Under the pieces are notes generated by a model. That model searched no databases and was not told the DNA's origin. It saw only the letters and a list, made by a program, of their open reading frames with translations. From an uncultured Gammaproteobacteria bacterium (GTDB lineage Bacteria; Patescibacteriota; Microgenomatia; CAZETR01; Amesbacteraceae): a stretch of DNA of 64,000 bases. Positions 36,817-46,195 of the stretch are shown piece by piece. Location: contig CAZFGX010000001.1 of the NCBI GenBank assembly GCA_964518565.1, positions 11,046 through 75,045 on the forward strand. Direction: 5' to 3'. Position 1 is the stretch's first letter; each line of letters opens with the position of its first letter. The position numbers and the translations under genes are program-made.

Positions 36817-37361
36817 TGAAAAAGAAATTCATTATCATCTTCGTAGTCATTCTGTTGATTACTATCCTAACCAAAACCTGGATGACCACAATAAAAATCG
36901 ACGGTGAAGCGATGGCTCCTGCTCTAAAAAGTGACCAACGTTGGCTAGTAAATAAACGTGCCTACATCCTTGTTACGCCGAAATCGGAGGATATGATTCT
37001 GTTTTACAACTCCCAGTTTCAATTTCAGTCTATCGGTCGAATTATTGGTGTTCCAAATGATCGAATCCAAATTGAAAATGGCCAAGTAATAAAAAATGGC
37101 CAATCCTTATCCGAGCCATATCTAACAACCGATACTCGTACCGAGTTTACCAAAGCTATTGCCGCTACTCCTCTAGATAACGACAGACTACGCTTAGATG
37201 TCTTAGATACCAACTATTATCCCCTTGGACAAACAGTTGCTCTGGGGCCAGACGAGTATTTTGTTATGGGTGACAATCGCGAAAAAAGTGTCGATTCTAG
37301 ATCGTTTGGTCCTATAAAATCTTCCGATATCGTCGGTAAGCTAGTTTTTTTGCTAAAATAG
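36816..37361 (+). CDS. Signal peptidase I (S26) homolog lacking the catalytic Ser and Lys
   Basis: GEAMAP (for GxSMxP), SIGRIIG (for xIKRIIG), intact YFVMGDNREKSVDSRSFG. Confidence 0.85.
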   Translation: MKKKFIIIFVVILLITILTKTWMTTIKIDGEAMAPALKSDQRWLVNKRAYILVTPKSEDMILFYNSQFQFQSIGRIIGVPNDRIQIENGQVIKNGQSLSEPYLTTDTRTEFTKAIAATPLDNDRLRLDVLDTNYYPLGQTVALGPDEYFVMGDNREKSVDSRSFGPIKSSDIVGKLVFLLK

Positions 37362-37365
37362 CAAA

Positions 37366-39147
37366 GTGGAAAATATCCGAAACTTCGCCATTATTGCTCA
37401 CGTCGACCACGGCAAGTCAACATTAGCTGATCGATTATTAGAGCTCACCAACACAGTTGAAAAACGGGAAATGCAAGCTCAGCTACTCGATAGTAATCCT
37501 ATCGAACGCGAGCGGGGGATTACCATCAAACTGGCTCCTGTGCGCATGCAATACAAGTCATACACCCTAAATCTCATCGATACCCCCGGCCATGTCGATT
37601 TTAGCTATGAAGTAAACCGTAGTTTAGCTGCCTGCGAAGGCGCCATTCTTTTAGTCGACGCCACCCAGGGTGTCCAGGCTCAAACATTAGCTCATTTTAA
37701 TCAAGCCAAAAAGCTTCATCTCCCCATTATCCCTGTAATCAACAAAATTGACATTGCCACAGCGGATATCGAATTAGCCAAACAGCAAATGCACGACATT
37801 CTCAATCTCGACCCAGACTCAATCTTACTCATATCTGGCAAGACTGGGGTGGGCGTACCCGAGCTTTTAGATGCCATTATTCAGCGTATTCCTGCTCCAA
37901 AAAGTTCCTCACCAAGCGGCCCAACCCGCGCCCTAGTCTTCAATTCAAACTTTGATGCCCATGTCGGTGTTATTGCCTGGGTCAGACTTATAGACGGCCA
38001 AATTGCCGCTCACGACCCTATTCGACTTCTTGGTACCTCAGCCACTACCACTTGTATCGAAGTCGGTGTCTTCAATCCCAGTCGTCAAACAATTTCGCAG
38101 TTGCATGCAGGTGAAGTTGGTTACATCGTCACAGGTTTACGAGATATATCTCAGCTTACGGTTGGCGACACTGTCACTACCACGATTGACCACAACCAAA
38201 TAGTCACCCCATTACCGGGATATCAACCCATCAAATCTGTCGTCTTTGTCAGCTTCTATCCGACCGAAGGCGAAGAAATTCACAGTTTTCGTGACGCATT
38301 AGAAAAACTCAAATTAGAAGACAGTGCTCTAAATTTTACGCCCGAATTCTCTCCCGCCCTCGGCAATGGATTCCGTGTTGGTTTGCTAGGTCTTCTTCAC
38401 GCTGACGTAGTTCAAGAACGGCTCGAAAGAGAATTCAATTTATCTCTCATTGCTGCGGCTCCATCAGTTGAGTATCAAGTTACCAAAGCAAACGGCGAAA
38501 CCATCTCTATTTCCAAGGCCGTAGATCTACCAGATGTGTCAGAAATTCGTGAAATTCAAGAGCCAATCATTGCTTCCACTATCTTTGTCCCAGAAACATA
38601 TGTTGGGGGAGTGATGCAATTGTGTCAAAACCATCGCGCTACTCTGATCGACATGACCTATGCTGGCAAGCTTGTCAGTCTCCAATATTATCTGCCTTTA
38701 GCCGAATTAATAAAACAATTTTATGACGAACTAAAAAGTGTTTCTCAAGGCTTTGCCACACTCGATTATGAATTGGTAGGTTTCCAGGCTGCAGACTTGG
38801 TCAAACTTGATCTGCTCATTGCTGGTGAAAGAGTAGACGCCTTATCTCAGATAGTCCCCCGTGCCCAGGCCACCTACATGGCCAAAGCCTTGGTCGAAAA
38901 ACTCAAAGATATTGTCCCTCGCCAAAACTTCGAAGTCGCCATCCAAGCTGCCATAGGCGGCAAAGTATTGGCTCGCAGTGATGTCAAAGCGTTTCGTAAA
39001 GACGTCTTGGCCAAAATGTCTGGCGGCGACCAAACCCGCAAAGATAAACTGCTGAAAAAACAAAAAAAGGGCAAGGCTCGCATGAAACGTGTCGGCAAAA
39101 TTGATCTCCCCCAAGAAGCCTTCCTGTCGATTTTAAAGGTCAATTAG
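37366..39147 (+). CDS. lepA: Translation elongation factor 4
   Basis: NIRNFAIIAHVDHGKSTLADR, GFRVGLLGLLH, KLLKKQKKGK. Confidence 0.98.
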   Translation: MENIRNFAIIAHVDHGKSTLADRLLELTNTVEKREMQAQLLDSNPIERERGITIKLAPVRMQYKSYTLNLIDTPGHVDFSYEVNRSLAACEGAILLVDATQGVQAQTLAHFNQAKKLHLPIIPVINKIDIATADIELAKQQMHDILNLDPDSILLISGKTGVGVPELLDAIIQRIPAPKSSSPSGPTRALVFNSNFDAHVGVIAWVRLIDGQIAAHDPIRLLGTSATTTCIEVGVFNPSRQTISQLHAGEVGYIVTGLRDISQLTVGDTVTTTIDHNQIVTPLPGYQPIKSVVFVSFYPTEGEEIHSFRDALEKLKLEDSALNFTPEFSPALGNGFRVGLLGLLHADVVQERLEREFNLSLIAAAPSVEYQVTKANGETISISKAVDLPDVSEIREIQEPIIASTIFVPETYVGGVMQLCQNHRATLIDMTYAGKLVSLQYYLPLAELIKQFYDELKSVSQGFATLDYELVGFQAADLVKLDLLIAGERVDALSQIVPRAQATYMAKALVEKLKDIVPRQNFEVAIQAAIGGKVLARSDVKAFRKDVLAKMSGGDQTRKDKLLKKQKKGKARMKRVGKIDLPQEAFLSILKVN

Positions 39148-40369
39148 CAATCAGACTAAAAATAGTTCCTACCCCAGCCAAAAACATAATTCCAAATGTC
39201 ATCCAACATAGTACCCGAGAAAAACGACTACTTACATATTTTCCCATTACACCAGAATTATTAGAAATCCCAATAATCACAAACAATAGGGGAATGGCAC
39301 AAATTCCATTAAACACTGCTGTAAATACCAACGCTTGAATAGGATCAACTCCAATCAAATTAATTGCCAGACCCAAGACAGTTGCCAAAATCATTACACC
39401 ATAAAAACCTCGAGCTTGTTTTGGTTGTAAATCAAGACCCGATCGCCATCCAAAGGCTTCGGCTACTGCATAAGAAGCCGATCCTGACAACACTGGCACC
39501 GCCAAAAGACCCAATCCAATAACTCCCAAGGCAAACAACCCCTTTGCTAGGTTTCCTGCCAGCGGAGCTAGTGCCGCCGCTGCATCCGCTGCCGTTCGAA
39601 TCGTGGTCAATCCATGTGCATGCAACACTGCCGCAGCCACCACAATGATAGACCAAGTGGCCAACTGGGACACAAACATGCCAATAGTCGTATCTATTCT
39701 CATTGCTCGGATATGTCCAGGAGTTGGTAGGCTGTGCTCTTCAACTTCTTCCGAAGCTTGCCAAAAAAACATATATGGCGAAATCGTTGTTCCAAAAACT
39801 CCGGTAATTAAAAACAAAAAACCAAACGAAAATTCAATATGTGGCAAAAATGTCGCTGTAAAAACTTGTTGCCAAGGTAAATCCACTAAAAGTAGTGTGA
39901 CCGGATAAGCCAATAATACCAACGCCGTCCATTTCAATAGTTGTGCATATCTCCGATAACTTAAAAAAATCTCAAGTCCCAGAGTAAGTGCTGCAAACCC
40001 ACACAAAACCAATCCATAAGGTGCCACAGGCCAAACGAGTCGTACCGCTGCAGCCATTGCCCCTAAATCAGCCGCAATATTTATCGTATTTGCCACCAAA
40101 ACCAAAAGTACGACAGGTAACAATATTTTTTTTCCATACACTTGTCGCACCATAGCCGCCAAACCCTTACCTGTCACCATGCCAATTCTGGCACACATCT
40201 CTTGTGTTGCAATTAAAAATGGCAACAAAAACACTACCGTCCACAGTTGACCATAACCAAATTGGGCACCAGTTTGAGAATAAGTTGCGATCCCTGACGG
40301 ATCGTCGTCCGCCGCCCCAGTAATCAGTCCCGGTCCTAAAATTCGAAAAAACCTCCGAATTCCCTTCAT
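39140..40369 (-). CDS. NRAMP family divalent metal transporter
   Basis: GPGLITGAADDDPSGI, GTTISPY; multi-TM. Confidence 0.92.
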   Translation of the reverse strand: MKGIRRFFRILGPGLITGAADDDPSGIATYSQTGAQFGYGQLWTVVFLLPFLIATQEMCARIGMVTGKGLAAMVRQVYGKKILLPVVLLVLVANTINIAADLGAMAAAVRLVWPVAPYGLVLCGFAALTLGLEIFLSYRRYAQLLKWTALVLLAYPVTLLLVDLPWQQVFTATFLPHIEFSFGFLFLITGVFGTTISPYMFFWQASEEVEEHSLPTPGHIRAMRIDTTIGMFVSQLATWSIIVVAAAVLHAHGLTTIRTAADAAAALAPLAGNLAKGLFALGVIGLGLLAVPVLSGSASYAVAEAFGWRSGLDLQPKQARGFYGVMILATVLGLAINLIGVDPIQALVFTAVFNGICAIPLLFVIIGISNNSGVMGKYVSSRFSRVLCWMTFGIMFLAGVGTIFSLIAN

Positions 40370-40388
40370 ATGTAATCAATAGTACTCT

Positions 40389-41723
40389 TTAATTTGTCTT
40401 TGGTTCTAGTTCCAAAAGCACGACGCTATTTGGCGTCATTGGTACTTCTCGTTGCAGTATTGCCGCAGAAGTAGAGACTTGTTCACTAGAAGATGTTCCG
40501 TCTAGAGCCGTTTTTCGCAAAGTAAATTGATTGGTAGACAAATTCATAAACGTCACCGGCACCACTTCAGAGTGGGTTTTTTTGGGATCATAATTGGTCA
40601 ACAACACCTGATACACATTGCCCTTTTTCGCCCCAATCGCCTGTACCCAGCTACCTTCGCCGCTAATTGCCAATCTCTGATCTCCTAGTCGGCTCAAAAG
40701 TGTCAATGCCATATGTCGCGGAGTATTAATAATGCTCCAGTCACCTGCAATAGCAAAGGTAAACCCATATTTTATTTTAAATAATAACTGCCTCATCACG
40801 GCTACCATATGCGCTGCACCAAGTTTTGTATTATTTTCTCCACCACTCTTAGACGATGGCCCAAATTCAGTGACAATTTTTTCGACATGTGCAAAATACG
40901 GCTGTGTATCTAGCCAAGCATCAATATCATCTACATCTTTCGCATAGGAAGCCATATCAGTCGTATATCTATGCCAGGAGAAAAAATCTAGCCGTAAATT
41001 GTTTTGCAAAACATAAGGGAAAAAATCACTTAACCAATTTTTATACAAGCCGGTTGTAGCTGGCCCTCCAAACTTAAACGGCTGCACATTTGCGGCATTT
41101 TTTGCTCCAATAGCCGAATGTAAATATAGTAATTTGTAGTCCTTTTTGCCTCCCATAGTCCATTTGCCAAACAAATCCGGCTCGTTCCATACTTCGTAGT
41201 ACACATTGGCCAATTTCAAATCCCCGCTGTAATGTTCAATGGTTTTTTGCACCAACAGTTGCCAATCGGTCCACGATTTTGGTACCGAGGTTGTGTCTCC
41301 GCTAGCCAAAGCAGCTGGCATATAGGACAGTGAAAAAAATGGCATCGCTCCAGTGTCAGTTATTTTTTTGACCGTAGCATCCAGTTTCGTCCAATTAAAT
41401 TGTAGGTTCCCTGGAGTTCCACTTACCACATCAAATTGATCATAAATATGATCAATTCGAATATATGCTGGTTGCAGTGCTGTCACTTCGGTATTCGTGT
41501 TATCCAAAAAAGTAGTCAGTTTATCTCCGCCTTGGGCCAGTGCACGCCAGGGAGCAGGCATAGGTCCCAGTACCCGATTTGTTTCAACCGCTACAGCCGA
41601 CAATCTCCCTTCTGCTCCTACCAATAATCTCATTGTCGAGTTGGCTAGCTTCAATACTCCCGGCAATGCCGCTGCCAACGCAATCACAGCCACAAACGAC
41701 ACCAGCTGTTCTCGCTTTTTCAT
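40389..41723 (-). CDS. Secreted/anchored GH39 family glycoside hydrolase
   Basis: N-terminal hydrophobic segment, YEVWNEPD, SWHRY, VTEFG. Confidence 0.85.
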   Translation of the reverse strand: MKKREQLVSFVAVIALAAALPGVLKLANSTMRLLVGAEGRLSAVAVETNRVLGPMPAPWRALAQGGDKLTTFLDNTNTEVTALQPAYIRIDHIYDQFDVVSGTPGNLQFNWTKLDATVKKITDTGAMPFFSLSYMPAALASGDTTSVPKSWTDWQLLVQKTIEHYSGDLKLANVYYEVWNEPDLFGKWTMGGKKDYKLLYLHSAIGAKNAANVQPFKFGGPATTGLYKNWLSDFFPYVLQNNLRLDFFSWHRYTTDMASYAKDVDDIDAWLDTQPYFAHVEKIVTEFGPSSKSGGENNTKLGAAHMVAVMRQLLFKIKYGFTFAIAGDWSIINTPRHMALTLLSRLGDQRLAISGEGSWVQAIGAKKGNVYQVLLTNYDPKKTHSEVVPVTFMNLSTNQFTLRKTALDGTSSSEQVSTSAAILQREVPMTPNSVVLLELEPKTN

Positions 41724-41752
41724 ACGTCCCATCATACCGTCGCACGTTCCTC

Positions 41753-41789
41753 TTGACAACCGTTAGCAGTCAAATTATGATTCTGCTAA
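41753..41789 (+). promoter_or_regulatory. Sigma70 promoter with CIRCE operator upstream of hrcA
   Basis: TTGACA(41753)-17nt-TATGAT(41776); CIRCE-like TTAGCAGTC-N9-TTCTGCTAA at 41763-41789. Confidence 0.9.
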
Positions 41790-42527
41790 ATGATCAATCT
41801 TACTCCGCGTCAGACGCAAATCCTCAAAGCTGTCACCGAAGAATATATCAACACTGCCGATCCAGTCTCCAGTGAACAGCTAGAAAAAAAATATAGCCTC
41901 GGTGTTTCTCCAGCCACTATTCGCAATGAAATGGCTCATTTAACCGACCAAGGCTTTCTCAAACAGCCGCACACTTCTGCAGGTCGTATACCTACAGCCA
42001 TGGGTCTACGTTTTTTTGTTGACCATCTCATGCAAGAAAAACGCCTCAGTGTCGCCGATGAAGTTTCCACCAAAGAACGTGTCTGGGATGCTCGTTTCAA
42101 TTTCGATCGACTCATGCGTCAAGCCACCCTTGCCCTGGCCGATCGCACCAAAAACTTAGCGCTAGTGGCCACTGATCAAGGCGACATTTATTATGCCGGT
42201 ATCGCCAATATTTTAGACATGCCCGAGTTTTACGATATCGATGTCACCAAGACCGTTCTTTCTCTCCTAGATGAACAACGTCGTCTCCAGCAACTCTTTT
42301 TTGATCGCACCTATGGTGAAGCTCCAGTTCATGTCGTCTTTGGTGCAGATTTGGGCTGGGCGTTCTTTGAACCTGTCGGCATGGCCTTCACCTTTTTTGA
42401 CACCGGCAACAATCGCCGTGGCAGCTTAGCCGTGGTTGGTCCATCCCGTCTAAACTTTCCCTATGTTATTCCCACACTTCGTTACTTCGCGGACTTAATG
42501 TCCCAAATGCATGCCAACTGGCACTAA
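41790..42527 (+). CDS. hrcA: Heat-inducible transcription repressor HrcA (short form)
   Basis: LTPRQTQIL, VSPATIRNEM, QPHTSAGRIPT, VVGPSRLNF. Confidence 0.95.
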   Translation: MINLTPRQTQILKAVTEEYINTADPVSSEQLEKKYSLGVSPATIRNEMAHLTDQGFLKQPHTSAGRIPTAMGLRFFVDHLMQEKRLSVADEVSTKERVWDARFNFDRLMRQATLALADRTKNLALVATDQGDIYYAGIANILDMPEFYDIDVTKTVLSLLDEQRRLQQLFFDRTYGEAPVHVVFGADLGWAFFEPVGMAFTFFDTGNNRRGSLAVVGPSRLNFPYVIPTLRYFADLMSQMHANWH

Positions 42528-42531
42528 ACCT

Positions 42532-43044
42532 ATGCCGAAAAACAAGCCTCAACCAGATTCCCCTCCTAGCGTAGGAGGGGATGTCCCGCAGGACAGGGGT
42601 GGTATAGAAGTTGCCCAGCTCCAGGAAGAGCTGGTTTCTACCCAAATCAGCTGGAAACGTGCCCTAGCCGATTATCAAAATCTACTGCGTCGAGTCGAGT
42701 CAGACAAAAAAGAATTCACCAAAGTCGCCTCCGCCAATCTGATTGCCAGATTGTTGCCCAGTCTCGATATCATCGACATGGCTGCCACCCATACCAAAGA
42801 TATGGGCGTCGAAATGGCTGCCAAACAGTTTCACTCAGCCCTAGACGAAGAAGGTCTGCAAACCATTCAGCCCTCAGTAGGCGAAGCCTTTGACCACAAA
42901 TTCCACGAATGCACCGAAATCGTCGAAGCAGGGGAGAATGCTCCAGAAACAGTTGCAGAATTAGTATTAAAAGGCTATAAATTGGGCGATTTCGTCTTGC
43001 GCCCAGCTCGTGTCAAAGTCTACAAATTGGCACTTGACAAATAA
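42532..43044 (+). CDS. grpE: Nucleotide exchange factor GrpE (start 42511 or 42532)
   Basis: [35 protein letters not shown]. Confidence 0.95.
   Translation: MPKNKPQPDSPPSVGGDVPQDRGGIEVAQLQEELVSTQISWKRALADYQNLLRRVESDKKEFTKVASANLIARLLPSLDIIDMAATHTKDMGVEMAAKQFHSALDEEGLQTIQPSVGEAFDHKFHECTEIVEAGENAPETVAELVLKGYKLGDFVLRPARVKVYKLALDK
42559..42603. repeat. Palindromic element inserted in frame in grpE
   Basis: TCCCCTCCTA-GCG-TAGGAGGGGA, TGTCC-CGCA-GGACA, GGGGTGGT; 45 nt encoding [15 protein letters not shown]. Confidence 0.75.
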
Positions 43045-43062
43045 GACTGCTAATTATATAAA
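43027..43062 (+). promoter_or_regulatory. Second CIRCE and sigma70 promoter upstream of dnaK
   Basis: TTGGCACTT-N9-GACTGCTAA at 43027-43053; TTGACA(43034)-17nt-TATAAA(43057). Confidence 0.85.
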
Positions 43063-43069
43063 TCAAAAT

Positions 43070-44959
43070 ATGTCAAAAATAATCGGAATCGATCTCGGAA
43101 CAACCAATAGCTGTGTCGCCGTTATGGAAGGTGGCCAGCCCAAAGTAATTGCTGCCTCAGATACTGGCCGCAACACGGTTCCTTCTATCGTTGAACCAGT
43201 CAAAAATCTCGTCGGTGATGTGGCCAAGCGCCAGATGATCCTCAATCCTAAAAATACCATTTACAGCGTCAAGCGCTTAATGGGTCGCAAAATCTCCGAT
43301 CCAGAAGTCAAACGCACCGCCGATATGGTGCCCTACAAAATCGTCGCTGGCAAAGATCAAATGGCTTGTGTGGAAGTAGACGGCAAAATCTACACCCCCC
43401 AAGAAATCTCCGCCAAAACCCTGGCCGCCATGAAAGCTCATGCAGAGGCATATCTCGGTGGCACAGTCGACGCTGCAGTTATTACCGTTCCAGCCTACTT
43501 TGACGATTCCCAACGCCAAGCTACCAAACAAGCGGGTGAAATCGCCGGTCTCAAAGTCGAACGCATTATCAACGAACCTACCGCCGCCGCCCTAGCCTAT
43601 GGTCTAGACAAGAAAAACGCCCAAACCGTCGCTGTCTACGACCTTGGTGGAGGTACGTTTGATATTTCCATTCTCGAACTCGGCGAAGGCGTCTTTGAAG
43701 TCAAAGCGACTAATGGCGACACACATCTCGGTGGTGACGATTTTGACCAAGTCATCATGAATTGGATCATCGACGAGTTCAAAAAAGACAACGGTGTCGA
43801 TCTCAAAAAAGATACCCAAGCCTTACAGCGTGTTCGCGACGCCGCCGAAAAAGCCAAAATCGAACTCTCTTCCGCCATGGAAGCCGAAATCAATCAGCCA
43901 TATATCACCCAAAAAGACGGTGCTCCTCTCCATCTGACACTCAAATTGTCTCGCGCCAAGCTCGAAGCCTTAGTCGACGATCTGATCCAAAAAACCATTG
44001 CCCCAGTTAAAGCTTGTCTCAAAGACGCCAAAAAAGATGTCAAAGATATTCACGAAGTCGTTTTAGTTGGTGGTATGACCCGCATGCCCAAAGTTGTTGA
44101 AGCAGTCAAAGCCTTCTTTGGTAAAGAACCAAATCGCAGCGTAAACCCAGACGAAGTTGTCGCCATTGGTGCCGCCATCCAAGGTGGCGTTCTCACCGGC
44201 GACGTCAAAGATGTAGTTTTACTCGACGTCACCCCGCTTACCCTGGGTCTAGAAACCATGGGTAGTGTCATGACCCCGCTCATCGAACGCAATACCACGA
44301 TCCCTACCTCCAAGTCTCAAGTGTTTTCTACTGCCGCCGACAGTCAGACATCGGTCGAAATCCACGTCCTCCAAGGTGAACGTCCTATGGCCGGTGATAA
44401 TAAGACATTGGGTAGATTCATTCTCGATGGTATTCCTCCAGCTCCTCGCGGTGTACCCCAAGTCGAAGTTACCTTTGATATCGATGCCTCAGGTATCTTA
44501 AAAGTCTCTGCCAAAGACAAGGCTACTAATAAGACCCAGCACATCACCATTACCAATTCCACCAATCTGGATGAAAAAGAAGTGGAAAGAATGCGCAAAG
44601 AAGCCGAAGTCCATGCCGCCGAAGATGCCGAAAAGAAGGCCAAAATCGAAGCTCGCAACCAAGCCGACAGTCTCATCTTCACTGCCGAAAAGACCATCAA
44701 AGACGCTGGCGACAAAGCCGATGCGGGTATGAAAAAAGACGTCGAAGATAAGATGAAGGCTCTTAAAGATGTTCTTGAAACCGGCACTAAAGAAGATATG
44801 GATGCCAAGTCCAAAGACCTTATGGACGCCCTCCAAAAGCTCGGTGGTGCTATGTACCAACAACAACCCGACGCCTCTACTGCCGCCACCGAAGAACCTA
44901 AATCAGAAGAAGCTTCTAAATCAGAGAGCAAACCCGAAGAAGGCGAAGTGGTGAGCTAA
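43070..44959 (+). CDS. dnaK: Chaperone DnaK
   Basis: [35 protein letters not shown]. Confidence 0.98.
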   Translation: MSKIIGIDLGTTNSCVAVMEGGQPKVIAASDTGRNTVPSIVEPVKNLVGDVAKRQMILNPKNTIYSVKRLMGRKISDPEVKRTADMVPYKIVAGKDQMACVEVDGKIYTPQEISAKTLAAMKAHAEAYLGGTVDAAVITVPAYFDDSQRQATKQAGEIAGLKVERIINEPTAAALAYGLDKKNAQTVAVYDLGGGTFDISILELGEGVFEVKATNGDTHLGGDDFDQVIMNWIIDEFKKDNGVDLKKDTQALQRVRDAAEKAKIELSSAMEAEINQPYITQKDGAPLHLTLKLSRAKLEALVDDLIQKTIAPVKACLKDAKKDVKDIHEVVLVGGMTRMPKVVEAVKAFFGKEPNRSVNPDEVVAIGAAIQGGVLTGDVKDVVLLDVTPLTLGLETMGSVMTPLIERNTTIPTSKSQVFSTAADSQTSVEIHVLQGERPMAGDNKTLGRFILDGIPPAPRGVPQVEVTFDIDASGILKVSAKDKATNKTQHITITNSTNLDEKEVERMRKEAEVHAAEDAEKKAKIEARNQADSLIFTAEKTIKDAGDKADAGMKKDVEDKMKALKDVLETGTKEDMDAKSKDLMDALQKLGGAMYQQQPDASTAATEEPKSEEASKSESKPEEGEVVS

Positions 44960-44975
44960 GAAGAAGAGTAAAACA

Positions 44976-45254
44976 ATGGCCAACGATAATGAAAAATTAA
45001 ATACAAAGGTTGTTATGAGCGCTGCTGTTCTCAGTGGACTGGCGACGTGGAATGTATATAAGTGTGAACTGTTAGAAATACAGTCTAAATCAAAATATTA
45101 CGAATGCAGCCTGAATAAATTTTTTCCCACAGACACAGATGAAAAAGCAGAAAACCCTCCATATATAAATCTGAAAAACATTAATTACTCGATCGCAACT
45201 AGTGGAACTGCTTCAGAATCTTTAGCAAGCCTATCGCTAACAAGAATGATCTAA
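44976..45254 (+). CDS. Hypothetical protein
   Basis: 92-aa ORF 16 nt after the dnaK stop; no recognised motif. Confidence 0.45.
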   Translation: MANDNEKLNTKVVMSAAVLSGLATWNVYKCELLEIQSKSKYYECSLNKFFPTDTDEKAENPPYINLKNINYSIATSGTASESLASLSLTRMI

Positions 45255-45279
45255 GAAAATAACCTAATTTAGTCGGATA

Positions 45280-46119
45280 TTACTTACTCCACCGTGCCCA
45301 AATACCACAAGGCAAAATTCGTTCTCGTCCCGACTCTTTCAGTCCCAGCTCACCACTCTCAATCGTTCCACCCAATTGCTTCATAGCATCCTCTACCACA
45401 CTTCGGATTGCCAAATGTGACAAGTCCGCCGTATAGGCATTAACCAATAGAAATGCCGCTTCATCAGACAATATTTTTTTGCATTCATGAACTAGCTTTG
45501 GCAAATGCAGTTCCAGCTTCCACATTTCTCCTCCAGCTCCTCGACCAAATCGTGGCGGATCCATAATAATCGCGTCATACTGTGCCCCTCGACGAATCTC
45601 ACGTTGCACAAATTTCATCACATCTTCTTGGATCCAGCGAATCCGTTCCGGATTAATCCCTGACGCTTTTGCATTCGCACTCGCCCACATCATTGCCGGC
45701 CGAGAAGCATCTACATGGGTCACATTGGCTCCAGCCAGTGCTGCTGCCATAGTAGACCCACCAGTGTAGGCAAACAAATTCAGTACTTTGAGGGGCTTAT
45801 TAATTTTTGTTCGCATCCAATCCCAATTCACGGCTTGTTCAGGAAATACGCCAGTATGTTTAAAATCTGTTGGCTTCAAATCAAACACAATCCCTTTATA
45901 AGAAATTTTCCATGGAGTAGGGGCTTCACTCTGAAATTTCCATCCCTCTTTTGTATGCGTCGCATCTGCCGTTCTCCACAGATCGTGTTGTCCGCGTGTC
46001 CACAACGCTCTGGGTTCTGGCCGTGCCACCACATACTGTCCCCAGCGCTCCAATTTCATATAATCGCCAGTATCCAGCAGTTCAAAATCTATCCAGTCAG
46101 TAGGTAGTTGTATATCCAT
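45280..46119 (-). CDS. Class I SAM-dependent methyltransferase (RlmI/YwbD-like)
   Basis: FKHTGVFPEQ, LNLFAYTGG, HVDAS, MDPP. Confidence 0.9.
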   Translation of the reverse strand: MDIQLPTDWIDFELLDTGDYMKLERWGQYVVARPEPRALWTRGQHDLWRTADATHTKEGWKFQSEAPTPWKISYKGIVFDLKPTDFKHTGVFPEQAVNWDWMRTKINKPLKVLNLFAYTGGSTMAAALAGANVTHVDASRPAMMWASANAKASGINPERIRWIQEDVMKFVQREIRRGAQYDAIIMDPPRFGRGAGGEMWKLELHLPKLVHECKKILSDEAAFLLVNAYTADLSHLAIRSVVEDAMKQLGGTIESGELGLKESGRERILPCGIWARWSK

Positions 46120-46195
46120 ATAGCAATTTTAACCTATAGTTAGCCAAAAACCAAATACCATAGGAAAGCACACCAATTTCTGCCATACTAGCACT

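Noticed and set aside
43063-44931. Several long antisense ORFs over dnaK (also over groEL, lepA and r-protein genes)
   Set aside because: Expected shadows of biased codon usage in conserved genes.
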